From positions 40,071 through 104,070 of the forward strand of contig DATMMF010000028.1 in assembly GCA_035569835.1 (NCBI GenBank): a stretch of DNA of 64,000 bases. Direction: 5' to 3'. A program made the translations under genes and the position numbers. Shown piece after piece: positions 32,978 through 43,400 of the stretch. Numbering within the stretch: the first letter of the stretch is position 1; every line of letters starts with the position of its first letter. Source of the stretch: Solirubrobacteraceae bacterium (GTDB lineage: Bacteria > Actinomycetota > Thermoleophilia > Solirubrobacterales > Solirubrobacteraceae). Under the pieces are notes generated by a model, which saw nothing but the letters and a program-made list of their open reading frames with translations, did not search any database and was not told the DNA's origin.

Positions 32978-35219
32978 CGGCTTCCTTTCCGCTCGCCGTC
33001 TGAACCGGGATCGCCGCAGCGGAGGGCTTGCGTGAGACCGAGGGGTCGGGGATCTCGCCCAGCCTCGCGATCAGGCGGCTCCATTGCTGCGGCGAGAGCG
33101 CCGAGGAGAACAGCCCGGCGATGCGCGCAAGGTCGGACTTCGGCGAGGCGAACACGACGCGGATCGCGTCGGCGGCTCCCGCGCTGGTTGCGGTCGCCGA
33201 GGCGTTCGGGTAGCGCATCTGGCTGACGATGCGGCGCGGGCGTGCGAGCCCTTGGAGCATCAGCAGCTTGCGCACGAGCGTGTCGGCGGCGCTCCCCTGC
33301 GTCTGGTGGCCGGCGACCGGCACGCCCCCGACGGCCGTGATCGACATCGCGTCGATCGCCGAGGCGGCTGCGGTGTTCGCGGCCTGCGCGGCGGGCGTCG
33401 CAGGCGCGCAGGGCATACCGGCGACGGTCGGGCGCAGGCCAGAGACCGACAGGTACTCGAGCGCCGCTAGCACGCGCACGTCCACGCGCCCAGAGGAGAC
33501 GTCCTCGCGGCCGCAGGAGCTCAGGCGGATGCCGCCGTCGCGGAGCACCTGCGGCTCGAGCTGCCGCTTGGTCTCCAGCAGCACCTGGCCCACGGTCGGC
33601 GAGGTGGCCAGGAACGGGTTCTCGCCCTTGGCGTGGAAGACCGAGCTGTTCTCGAGCGCCACCCAGCCGTCGAGCACGGGCTTCGGGTCGATCAGCGGAG
33701 CGCCCGGCCCCGCCGGGCGGATCTGGAAGACGATGTGCGGTTCTTCGCCGCCGGCGGCGCCGACGTGACCGAGCACCGTGCCCGCGATCACCTGCACGCC
33801 TTGGCGCAGTTCGTGGAGGTAGACCTCGTTGGCGCCTTCGCGGAACGCCTGTACGTGAGGCGCCACGGTCTGTGGCGCGTCCTGCTGCGCCGGCCGCGAC
33901 GTGGTGCTGTGCGCCGGGCGCGAGCTTTCCGGCGCCGCTTCCAGCCCCGCGGCCGCACCGAGCGCGAGGCCCGAGACGGCGGCGCCCTCCGAGACCGGCG
34001 AGCGCGGCTGCACGCCGGCCGTCGCGGGGCCGGACGGCGCCGGTTCGCGCCGGGCGGCACCGAGCGCGGGGTCGAGTTGGGAGTCGACGTGCGGCTCGAT
34101 CACCGGGTAGACGCGCTGGATGTCGCCGAGCCGCGCGTAGGTGTATTCGTTGCCGTAGGCGTCCCGCAGCGTCACGAAGCGCCCGAGCGTCGGCGAGTCG
34201 CCCGTCTGCACGACTTCACCGTCCTGGGAGGCGATCACAGGGGAGCCCGCGGCGGCGTAGATCGCCGTGCCGGGGATCGTCCGCGTGGCGCCCTTCGGCG
34301 TGCGCACCGTCGGGAACCCGTCGGCGAAGTGGGCGGCGGCGTAGACGGGGAAGCGCGCCTCGGTCAGCCCCGTGATCGCGCCCAGCAGTTCCGAGGGCGT
34401 GCCGGCGAGCAGCTGCGCACGCAGCATCACCGAGCTGACATACGCCTGCGAGTGGTTGTAGGCGAAGATCGCCGCGCGGATGTTGTTGTCCCCGCCCGCG
34501 GCGTGCAGGTACCTCGCCGCGGCGAAGATCGCGTCGGCCGGGTTGTACGGGTCCATGTAGCCGTCGCCGTTCGCGTCCACGCCGTAGGTCGCCCACGAGG
34601 ACGGCAGGAACTGCATCCAGCCCTCGGCCCCGGCGCTGGATACCGACAGGTCGCGGCCGTAGTCGGTCTCGACCTCGTTGATCGCGGCCAGCACCTGCCA
34701 GGGGATGCCGTACGCGGCGCCCGCCGCCTGGAAGATCGGGAGCAGGAACGGCGGGATCTCGAAGTCTTCGATGAAGAAGCTCGGCACGCCGAACGCCGCG
34801 CCGCGCAGCGCCGGCGGCAGCTGGGGCGTGAGCGAGGAGGGCGCCGCCGCCTTGTGCCCTCCGTGCGGCGTCGCGTTCGTGCTCTGAGTTTGCGATTCCC
34901 CGGCGCCGGCGGAGGGGCTCGCGGCGTGGCGCGGCTTCGAGGAGCCGCCGCTCGCGCTCTGCGGCTGCTGGGTCTGCACGCTCGGCGCTTCTTCGGTCGT
35001 CGTCGTCGTCGTCGTCGGCGCCGGCGGTTCGGCGGCCGGCGCCGGCGAGGAGGTCGAGGTCGTTTCGGGCTGCGGTTCGGCGACGGTGCTGGTGACCGAG
35101 GGCGGCGGCGCGATCGAGGTCGTTTCGGCTTCGGCGGCCGGGGCCGTCGCGGGCAGCGCCAGCACGATCGCCGCCGTCGCGCCGGCAGTGATCAGCAGGT
35201 GGACGCGAGCGGGACTCAT
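32964..35219 (-). CDS. Secreted lytic transglycosylase with P/T/S linker, degenerate split M23 domain and C-terminal domain
   Basis: VLAAINEVETDYG..SSAGAEGWMQF..DPYNPADAIFAAARYL; M23-like AGSPVIASQDGEV, YARL and PHIVFQIR. Confidence 0.88.
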   Translation of the reverse strand: MSPARVHLLITAGATAAIVLALPATAPAAEAETTSIAPPPSVTSTVAEPQPETTSTSSPAPAAEPPAPTTTTTTTEEAPSVQTQQPQSASGGSSKPRHAASPSAGAGESQTQSTNATPHGGHKAAAPSSLTPQLPPALRGAAFGVPSFFIEDFEIPPFLLPIFQAAGAAYGIPWQVLAAINEVETDYGRDLSVSSAGAEGWMQFLPSSWATYGVDANGDGYMDPYNPADAIFAAARYLHAAGGDNNIRAAIFAYNHSQAYVSSVMLRAQLLAGTPSELLGAITGLTEARFPVYAAAHFADGFPTVRTPKGATRTIPGTAIYAAAGSPVIASQDGEVVQTGDSPTLGRFVTLRDAYGNEYTYARLGDIQRVYPVIEPHVDSQLDPALGAARREPAPSGPATAGVQPRSPVSEGAAVSGLALGAAAGLEAAPESSRPAHSTTSRPAQQDAPQTVAPHVQAFREGANEVYLHELRQGVQVIAGTVLGHVGAAGGEEPHIVFQIRPAGPGAPLIDPKPVLDGWVALENSSVFHAKGENPFLATSPTVGQVLLETKRQLEPQVLRDGGIRLSSCGREDVSSGRVDVRVLAALEYLSVSGLRPTVAGMPCAPATPAAQAANTAAASAIDAMSITAVGGVPVAGHQTQGSAADTLVRKLLMLQGLARPRRIVSQMRYPNASATATSAGAADAIRVVFASPKSDLARIAGLFSSALSPQQWSRLIARLGEIPDPSVSRKPSAAAIPVQTASGKEAGGHD
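34996..35016. repeat. (GTC)7 trinucleotide run encoding a poly-Thr linker
   Basis: Read directly from sequence; encodes T7 in the transglycosylase linker. Confidence 0.9.
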
Positions 35220-35220
35220 C

Positions 35221-36777
35221 TCAGTTCCCGAGCAGGTAGTTGAGCAGCATGCCGTCGGCTTCCGGGCTTTCGTCCGAGGGCGAGTAGTAGGTCGTCCCGG
35301 ACGTCGAGCCCCCGACCGGCTGCGAGCTCGGTGCGCCGCCGGCGGAGTTCGAGGCCGGCGCCGGCGAGCTGCCCGGCGTTTCGCCCGGCGCCGGCGTGCC
35401 CGGGTATTTCGCGTTCGCCTGCGCGGGCGTGGCGCCTTTCAGCACCGCGAGCGTGCGCTCCATCACGAGTCCCGCTGGTTCGTGCGAAACGCTCGCCGCG
35501 CTCGCCTTGGCGCTCGCCGCGACCGTGCCGAGCCGGCGGTTGCAGCTCGGTTCCGTTTTGATGAAGTATTTGACGCACTGGTTGCCGACGCCCTCGGTGC
35601 GCAGGAAGTGCCCGAGCTGGTCGTAACCGTTCGCGGCGCCCGCGCCGAGGAAGATGAAGTCCATGATCCGCTCGAGCCCGCCGGTGTCGCGCAGGCTCGT
35701 GAACAGCGAGGCGAAGTTTTCGCTGAACGGCTTCGCCGGCGTGCCGAGCGCCTTGAGCTGTGCGAGCAGTTTTTTGCTCTGCGTCAAGGCGGGCCCGGAG
35801 CGCTTCGCCGTTTCGCCCGTGCTGATGAAGAACTTTTCAGAGCTCGCGGAGAAGCCGGGCAGGTTGACGAATGCCTTCGAGATCGACGGGGCCGCCTTGT
35901 TGAGGCTCGTGAACGTCGGCAGCGTCTGGTCAGCGAACCGTTCGAGGCGTTCCATCGCCGGGCCGAGCTGGCGCAGGAACGGCGGGAACAGCTGCAGGTT
36001 GCGCGCGAGCGCGCCCCGCTGAGCGGCGCTGGCCTTGGCGACCGTGTTGCTCTGCGCGAGGAAGTCGGCGACCTGCTGGCGCACGTGGGCGAACGGCGCG
36101 AGCGCGCGGTCGGAGTCTTCCGCGAGCTTCGTCAGCACCTGGTTCTCGCTCGCGAGGATCGAGAGCACCTTGTCGAATTCGCGCAGCGCGGGGTTCGCGC
36201 GCCGGATCACTTCGTGGAGGTCGCTGCCCCGCCCCGCGAGGCCGGCGCCGAGTTCGTTGAGGATGATCGTCAGCCGCTGCCGTTCGGGGAGGCGGTTGAT
36301 GTCACCCAGGAGGTCGACGTCGACGGGGCTGCTCGTGTTCTGGACGGGCAGCAGGTACTGGCCGGAGCCTTCGTGGCCGCCGGGGATTTTGTGCAGCGGC
36401 GGCGGCAGCGCCGTGCCGGGCACGCGGGGCTGCGTCGGCAGGCAGTCGACGTACTTCTCGCCGATCAGCGCCTGCGGGCGGATTTCGCAGCTCGCGTCGG
36501 CGCGGAAGTCCTTGAAGCCGTTGTTGTCGATGCTCAGGACGACGGCGGCCTTCGCAGCCGGCGTCGGCGTGACCGAGGTGACCTTGCCGACCTTGACGCC
36601 GGCGATCTTGACCTGCTCCCCGGGGATGATGTTGCCGGCGTCGTCGAAGATCGCCCGCACTTCGTAGCTGCCGTTGGAGCCGCCGGCGGAGAGGGCGAGC
36701 ACCACGAGCACGGCCACGGCGCATGCCGAGGCGGCCCCCACGACCGCCCTCCTGCGACCCACGCTCCTGTCTCTCAC
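35221..36777 (-). CDS. Mce/MlaD family protein (1st in operon)
   Basis: TM, GEQVKIAGVKVGKV; start placed at GTG 36777 after GAAGGA. Confidence 0.92.
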   Translation of the reverse strand: MRDRSVGRRRAVVGAASACAVAVLVVLALSAGGSNGSYEVRAIFDDAGNIIPGEQVKIAGVKVGKVTSVTPTPAAKAAVVLSIDNNGFKDFRADASCEIRPQALIGEKYVDCLPTQPRVPGTALPPPLHKIPGGHEGSGQYLLPVQNTSSPVDVDLLGDINRLPERQRLTIILNELGAGLAGRGSDLHEVIRRANPALREFDKVLSILASENQVLTKLAEDSDRALAPFAHVRQQVADFLAQSNTVAKASAAQRGALARNLQLFPPFLRQLGPAMERLERFADQTLPTFTSLNKAAPSISKAFVNLPGFSASSEKFFISTGETAKRSGPALTQSKKLLAQLKALGTPAKPFSENFASLFTSLRDTGGLERIMDFIFLGAGAANGYDQLGHFLRTEGVGNQCVKYFIKTEPSCNRRLGTVAASAKASAASVSHEPAGLVMERTLAVLKGATPAQANAKYPGTPAPGETPGSSPAPASNSAGGAPSSQPVGGSTSGTTYYSPSDESPEADGMLLNYLLGN

Positions 36778-36796
36778 CCCGTTCGATCCTTCCCTC

Positions 36797-36842
36797 AAGA
36801 CAAAGCGAGCGACCCCACCCGTGCTGCGGCGAGGTCGCCCGC
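36797..36842 (-). terminator. Intrinsic terminator/attenuator-like hairpin just upstream of the first mce gene
   Basis: Minus strand GCGGGCGACC..GGTCGCTCGC (10 bp, one G-U) followed by TTTGTCTT. Confidence 0.55.
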
Positions 36843-36894
36843 CTCACTATCCGTGGGAGCTTACGCCTTCCCTGGCATCAGCTCTCCGCTTGCC

Positions 36895-37677
36895 CTATTT
36901 CTTGCGCGGGCAGGGCGCGTGGTATTCCGCGGTCACGGTCTGTTCTGAAAGACCGCCGAGAGGCGCGAACGTGAGTTCGGTCTTGACCGGCAGATATTTT
37001 TTCGGGCACGACGTCGGCAGCGTGCCGTAGTAGATGGTTTTGCCGCCTTTCTTGACCGCCGAACCGCTCTTGACCTTGATCTTGCTGACCGAGGCGTCCT
37101 GAGCGCCGGGGACCGTTTCGACGAGCGGCACTTCGGCTTCGAACTTCTTGCTGAACAGCCCGCTCGCGCCCGTGAAGCGACCCTTCGAGAGGATTTCCAG
37201 CAGCACCGGTTCGTGGCCGAACGTGAAGAACGTCAGCCCGCCGCCGGGCGCGTAGAAGCCCTGGATCGTGACTTTCTCAGGCACGATTTCTTTGCCGAAG
37301 GCGACGAAGCCTTCACCTTCGCCGACCGGACCTGCGGTCGATCCTTTCGGGCAGCCTTTCGGACCCTTGCCGGACGGTTCGAGCGTCGAGACCGGGCACG
37401 TGGGGAACCCGGTCGGGTGCAGCTTCGTGCCGGCCGGCAAGTAGAAGTTGACGTGGATCAGCGGGGGCGGGAAGCCACCGTATTCGGTCCCCGAGATCTC
37501 GTATTCGGCTTCGACGGCCGCGCCGGCACCGAAGATGTTCCCTGTGTGCGGGAAGCCGGGGATTGGCACAGCCTTCGCTTTGAATTTCACCGTCGGCACC
37601 GCCGAGGCCACGCCGGGGAGCGCGAGCGCCAGGACGGCGAGGCCGAGAACGGCAAGACAGCAGGATGCTTTGCGCAT
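36895..37677 (-). CDS. Secreted protein of unknown function (260 aa, one Cys-pair domain)
   Basis: Signal peptide ending ASA; SD AGAGGAG; YLPAG..C..CPKGS.G motif. Confidence 0.85.
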   Translation of the reverse strand: MRKASCCLAVLGLAVLALALPGVASAVPTVKFKAKAVPIPGFPHTGNIFGAGAAVEAEYEISGTEYGGFPPPLIHVNFYLPAGTKLHPTGFPTCPVSTLEPSGKGPKGCPKGSTAGPVGEGEGFVAFGKEIVPEKVTIQGFYAPGGGLTFFTFGHEPVLLEILSKGRFTGASGLFSKKFEAEVPLVETVPGAQDASVSKIKVKSGSAVKKGGKTIYYGTLPTSCPKKYLPVKTELTFAPLGGLSEQTVTAEYHAPCPRKK

Positions 37678-37946
37678 CAGTTCTTCTCTCCTCTGTTGAT
37701 GGACAGGTCCGCCTCGATCCGGGTAGCTCCGGAGCCATTGCGGTCCGATGGCGGTCCGGCGACATCGAGATCCCCAGCGGGGGAACGTGGCGACTTCCAG
37801 GCGGAAACACTAACCGCACCGAACAAAGCGTTCAAGTCGCAACCGGCGCCTGAGGGCAGGCGCCGACGGCCGCCCGCGGAAGGGCATCCGTGCTGTTCGC
37901 TCGATGATCTTCTCTGCATAACACTCGACGTCAACCGGAGGGTGAG

Positions 37947-39056
37947 CTAGGCCGAGAGCTCCAGCTCGTCCCCCTCGAAGGCGACGCCGACCGGCTCGAT
38001 CATTACCCGGCGGGGACCTTTCTCAACTCGCCCGGCGACCAACGCCTCCAGGCCGAGCTCGGCCGCATACGCGACGACCGTCTCGCCGCTGCCCTGCGCG
38101 CAGTACACGGCGAAGCCGGCGCCCATGTTGAACGTGGCGTAGGCCGAGCGCGCGTCGAGACCCGCGCGCTCGACGAGAAACGAGAGGACCGGCGGCACGG
38201 GCGGCAGCTCGTCGATTTGGTATGTCAGCGCCCGGCGCGGGCGCATCAGCTTCATCAGCCCGTGACCGGTGATGTGGCTGAGGTAGGTGACCGGCACGCG
38301 ACGCTCGATCAGCGCCTGCACGAGCCCGACGTACATCAAGCTCGGCGCGAGCAGGGCCTCGCCGAACGCTTCGCCGTCTCCGAGGGGCGTCGCATAGCCG
38401 TCGGGCAGGCCGTCGGCGACCAGGCGGGCGAGCGACGCGCCGTTGGCGTGCAGGCCGCTGCTGGCGACGAGCACGATCTCATCGCCGACGGCGAGCTCCT
38501 CGCCGAGGATCGGCGCGGCGCCGGGCGGCACTGCCCCCACCGCGGCCCCGGCGAGCTCGATCTCATCCTCGGCGAGCAGCCCCGGAAGCGAGGGCGACTC
38601 GCCTCCCCCCCAGCTCGCGCCGGCGTCGCGGCACCCCGCCTCCCACCCCGCGAGCAGCGCCTCGGCGCGGTCGCCGCGCTCGTACCACGCGGAGGAGCCG
38701 GTCGCGAAGTAGGCGTTGATCACAAGCGGCAGCGCGCCCACGCAGCACAGGTCGTTGGCGATCGCCGCGACCGTGTCGTAGGCGACGTCGGCGAAGCGGT
38801 TCGAGCCGCTCTGCTCGAGCACCGCGCGCGCGATCATCGCCTTCGTCCCGAGCCCCTCGACCACGAAGCCGAGCGTCTGGCCGCCCAGCTCGAAAAGGAA
38901 CGCGGGCTCGCCGCGCGAGGCATCCAGGGCGTGAGCCCCGCGCAGCTCGAGCAACGGCGAAGTCGAGAGCGCGCGGGCCAGCGCCTGGCGCTTGCCGGCG
39001 TCGAGTACCTCGTAGTCGACCCCGGCCGCGCGGTAGGAGGCGCCGTCTGGGCTCAT
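37947..39056 (-). CDS. purM: Phosphoribosylformylglycinamidine cyclo-ligase (AIR synthase), divergent type
   Basis: [34 protein letters not shown] and TFNMGAG motifs. Confidence 0.88.
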   Translation of the reverse strand: MSPDGASYRAAGVDYEVLDAGKRQALARALSTSPLLELRGAHALDASRGEPAFLFELGGQTLGFVVEGLGTKAMIARAVLEQSGSNRFADVAYDTVAAIANDLCCVGALPLVINAYFATGSSAWYERGDRAEALLAGWEAGCRDAGASWGGGESPSLPGLLAEDEIELAGAAVGAVPPGAAPILGEELAVGDEIVLVASSGLHANGASLARLVADGLPDGYATPLGDGEAFGEALLAPSLMYVGLVQALIERRVPVTYLSHITGHGLMKLMRPRRALTYQIDELPPVPPVLSFLVERAGLDARSAYATFNMGAGFAVYCAQGSGETVVAYAAELGLEALVAGRVEKGPRRVMIEPVGVAFEGDELELSA

Positions 39057-39097
39057 CGGGGATGATCCTAAGCCCTGGTGGCAAACGAGGAGGACCG

Positions 39098-40312
39098 ATG
39101 GATTTCGAGCCGAGCGAGCGCTGCGTCGAGTTCCAGGAGCGTCTCGGCGCGTTCATGGACGAGCACGTGTACCCGGCCGAGCCGATCTACGAGCAGCAGC
39201 TCCGGGACTCGGGCGATCCGCACCACCAGCCGGCCGTCATGGAGGAGCTGAAGTCGAAAGCGCGCGCAGCCGGGCTGTGGAACATGTTCCTGCCCGACGA
39301 GGACCACGGCGCCGGTCTCTCCAACAGCGACTACGCGCCGCTCGCCGAGATGCTCGGCCGCTCCCCGATCGCCTCCGAGGCCTGCAACTGCTCGGCACCC
39401 GACACCGGCAACATGGAGGTGCTGCACGAATTCGGCTCCGAGGAGCAGAAACAGCAGTGGCTGATGCCGCTGCTCGACGGAGAGATCCGTTCCGCCTTCG
39501 CGATGACCGAGCCCGACGTGGCGAGCTCCGACGCCACCAACATCCAGTTGCGGATCGAGCGCGACGGCGACGAGTACGTGCTCAACGGGCGCAAGTGGTG
39601 GACCACGAACGTCACGCACCCCCACTGCAAGATCATGATCGTGATGGGCAAGACGACCGCCGAGGGGCCGCTCCACAAACAGCAGAGCCAGATCCTCGTC
39701 CCGGTGCAGACGCCCGGCGTGACGATCGTGCGCGACCTGCGCGTGTTCGGATACAACGACCAGGACGGTCACGGAGAAGTCGACTTCTCCGACGTGCGCG
39801 TCCCCGCGTCGAACCTGATCGCCGGCGAGGGCGACGGCTTCATGATCGCCCAGGCGCGGCTCGGGCCCGGACGCATCCACCACTGCATGCGGGCGATCGG
39901 CGCCGCCGAGCGCGCGCTCGAGGCGATGTGCCGGCGCGCCGTCTCACGGGTGACCTTCGGTCAGCCGATCGCGATGCGCGGCAACGTGCAGGACTGGATC
40001 GCCGAGTCACGGATCGAGATCGAGATGGCGCGCCTGCTGACGCTGAAGGCCGCCTGGATGATGGACACGGTCGGCAACCGCCACGCCCGCACCGAGATCG
40101 CCGCGATCAAGGTCGCCGCGCCGAACGTCGCGCTGAAGGTGCTCGACCGCGCGATCCAGGTGCACGGCGGCGGCGGCGTCTCGCAGGACTACGGGCTGGC
40201 CAGCGCCTACGCGCACCTGCGCACGCTGCGGCTCGCCGACGGGCCCGACGAGGTCCACAAGCTCTCGATCGCGCGCCGCGAGCTGGCGCCGTACATACCG
40301 CGCGAGCCGTAG
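39098..40312 (+). CDS. Acyl-CoA dehydrogenase (ACAD10/11-like)
   Basis: [50 protein letters not shown]. Confidence 0.95.
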   Translation: MDFEPSERCVEFQERLGAFMDEHVYPAEPIYEQQLRDSGDPHHQPAVMEELKSKARAAGLWNMFLPDEDHGAGLSNSDYAPLAEMLGRSPIASEACNCSAPDTGNMEVLHEFGSEEQKQQWLMPLLDGEIRSAFAMTEPDVASSDATNIQLRIERDGDEYVLNGRKWWTTNVTHPHCKIMIVMGKTTAEGPLHKQQSQILVPVQTPGVTIVRDLRVFGYNDQDGHGEVDFSDVRVPASNLIAGEGDGFMIAQARLGPGRIHHCMRAIGAAERALEAMCRRAVSRVTFGQPIAMRGNVQDWIAESRIEIEMARLLTLKAAWMMDTVGNRHARTEIAAIKVAAPNVALKVLDRAIQVHGGGGVSQDYGLASAYAHLRTLRLADGPDEVHKLSIARRELAPYIPREP

Positions 40313-40430
40313 GCCAGGGCGTCCAGCGGCACGGTTCCCCTGACTAGCTCGCCCGGAATCTGGGTAGGCCTCTGACACAGGCGCCCTCGCGCCCGACGTG
40401 CCAACGAGAGAGGAAGAGGCCCAGATCCGT

Positions 40431-43400
40431 ATGAAGATGCACCGCCGCACAGCTCTGCTCACGCTGATCTGCTGCCTGCTCGCCGTGGCAATCGCGGCGC
40501 CGGCGGCGCAGGCGTTGAAAGTCGCGGTGTGGGAAGCGGGGACCTGCGAAGAAAAGGAATGCACCTACGCGTCGGTCAAAGCCGACCACACCCGCGCGTA
40601 CACCACAGCGGCGGGGCACCCCGAATGGGGCATCACCTCCTTCGAAGTGGGGACGACCGGGTCCGGGTCCAGCCGCAAACCCGAAGAACAGGTGAAACGG
40701 ATCCGCGTGGACGTGCCGGAAGGGCTCGCCGCCGACCCTCAGGCGCTGCCGAGCTGCAGCCGCGCGGAATTCAACAGCAACCCGGTGTTGTGCGAAACCA
40801 AGGGCGCGAAAGTGGGCGAAACGTCGATCGAAGCCGCCCTCGAAGGCGAAGTGCTCGGCGTCCCCGTCACGGCCGACTCGCCCAACACCGGCAAGGTCTA
40901 CAACCTGACTCCGGAACCCGGCCTGCCGTTGCTGTTCGGGATCTCGATCGAACCGACCGGCGGGGCGCTCGTGTCCCCGATCCACCTGTTCCTGGAAGGA
41001 CACGTCAGCTGGGGGTTCGAACCATCGCTTGCGGCGCGCGGGATTCCCTCCGGAGACTTCCACGAGTGGTTCGAAATCAACAACGTGCCGCGCGAAGCTG
41101 AAGCGGAACTGCTCGGCGTCCACATCGCCAACGCGAAGCTCAGCACGATCAAGTCGAAGCTCTACTTCGAAGGCCGCAAAGGCGGCAACTTCCTGACGCT
41201 GCCGAGCGTCTGCTCGGCGTCGACGACCGAGTACCTCGAACTCGAAGCGTACGAAGGCGGCCACGCGAACGAAACCACGCACACGCCGGTCGGCGTCGAA
41301 GAATGCGACAAACCGCCGTTCAAACCGACGGCGCAGGTCACCGGCAAGCCGACGCAGTACGACAGCCCCGACGGCGCCGAAACCGTCGTGAAGGCCCCGC
41401 AGAACGCAGGGCCGACCGAACTCAACACGGGCGACATCAAAGATGCGACCGTCACGCTGCCGGAAGGCCTGACCCTCAACCCGTCGGCGGCGCACGGCCT
41501 CGAAGCCTGCACGTACGCGCAGCTCGGCAAGGAACCCGGCAAGCCGGCAACGGGCTCGGCCTCGTGCCCGGCCGGATCCAAGATCGGGACCGTCGACATC
41601 GAGTCGGACCTGCCCGCTCACTCTCTCACGGGCAACGTTTACCTCGGTAAGCCGAACGGCACCGGTGCGATCACCGGCCCGCCGTATCTGGTCTTCATCG
41701 ACGCCGAGAGCATCTACAACGTCTCGGTTCGGCTGATCGGGGAAGCCAAACCCGACCCCTCGACCGGACGCTTGACGGTCTCGTTTGCGAACAACCCGCA
41801 GTTGCCGTTCAGCGAACTCATCCTCGCCCTCAACGGCGGCCCGCGAGCGCCGCTCGCGAACCCGGTCACGTGCGGCGTGGGCGCGACGAACTACGCGTTC
41901 ACGACCTGGCTGACGGGCCACGCCGGCGCCGTCGGCGCGTCCCCGTTCGCGAGCACCGGCTGCCCGAACCCGGTGCCGTTCGCTCTTTCCCAGACCACCC
42001 AGGACTCCACGAACAAAGCCGGCGCCTTCACCAACTTCACCTTCAACCTCGCCCGCGCCGACGGCAACCAGAACATCTCGACGGTCCAGACCGTGCTGCC
42101 CGCCGGGCTCGCGGGCCTGATCCCGTCCGTGAAACTGTGCCCCGAACCTGCCGCTTCGACGGGCAGCTGCCCGTCCACGAGCCAGATCGGCACCGCCGGC
42201 GCGTCCTCCGGCGTCGGCCCCGAACCGTTCTCGTTCTCCGGCCCCGTGTACCTGACCGGGCCGACGAGCGGGCAGCCCTACGGCCTGTCGATCCCAATCG
42301 AGGCGGCCGCCGGGCCGTTCGACCTCGGGCGCGTGCTGACGCGGGTCTCGATCGGCGTCGACCCCCACACCGCGCGCGTGATCGCGACCGCGACGCTGCC
42401 CCGGATCGTCGGCGGCGTGCCGCTGCACCTGCGCACGCTGTCGGTGGCCATCAACAAGCCCAACTTCATGTTCAACCCGACCAACTGCGGCGCGCTCTCC
42501 ACGGACGGCCTGATCGGCGCGATCCAGGGCGCGAGCGCCCACACGACGAGCCCGTTCGCGGTGAGCTCGTGCTCGAGCCTTTCGTTCGGGCCGAAGTTCG
42601 AATCGGCCAGCCCGAGCGTGCCCTCGCGTGCCAAGGGAGCAAGCCTGCGCGTGACGCTGACGCAGCCCGATCACCAGGCGAACATCCACTCTGTCGTCGC
42701 CTCGCTGCCGAAGCAGCTGCCTTCGCGGCTGACGACGCTGCAGAAAGCCTGCACCGAAGCGGTGTGGGCCGGCGGCACCAACTACAAGAACTGCCCGAGC
42801 GGCTCGAAAGTCGGCAGCGTGACGGTCACGACGCCGGTGCTCCCCGAAAAGCTCACCGGTCCGGCCTACCTGGTCTCACACGGGGGCGCGTCGTTCCCCG
42901 ACCTCGACCTGATCCTCGAAGGCGACCACGGCGTCAAGGTGATCCTCGAAGGCAACACGAACATCAAAAAGGGAATCACGACCTCGACGTTCGCCTCGAT
43001 CCCCGACGTGCCGGTCTCGAAGTTCGAACTGAGCCTGCCGACCGGTCCCAACTCTGCACTCGGCAACGCCGAAAGCCTGTGCGCGAAGCCCCTCTACATG
43101 CCGACCACGATCACGGCGCAGAGCGGCAAGATCATCAAACAGAACACGCGCATGTCGATCGGCAGCTGCAAGATCAAGCTGGTCGGCAAGAAGGTGCGCG
43201 GGCACAAGCTCATCGTCCGCGTCAAAGTGTTCACAGCCGGGCGCGTGAGCGTCCAATCCCCGGGGCTCCACACGACCTACAAGAAGGTCTCCGGGCCGGG
43301 GATCGTGACGATCAAGGTGCCGCTCTCGAAAGGCGGCATGCGCACGCTTCGCTCAGGGCGGGCGCTGAAAGTGAAGTTCCGCGTCGGCTTCAACCCCGCG

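Noticed and set aside
25418-36777. A lipoprotein (MceE/LprK-like) subunit among the six Mce proteins
   Set aside because: The N-terminal cysteines (ASAC, ALSC) do not fit the [LVI][ASTVI][GAS]C lipobox well, so I did not assign mceA-F letters
25400-37700. Mce region as a discrete horizontally acquired island
   Set aside because: No flanking tRNA, integrase or direct repeats; the codon bias recurs in separate genes and within genes, so it is reported as a codon finding instead
37820-37833. CGAACAAAGCGTTC as a LexA box
   Set aside because: The spacer is 5 nt instead of 4, and the downstream gene is not repair-related; better explained as a small RNA stem
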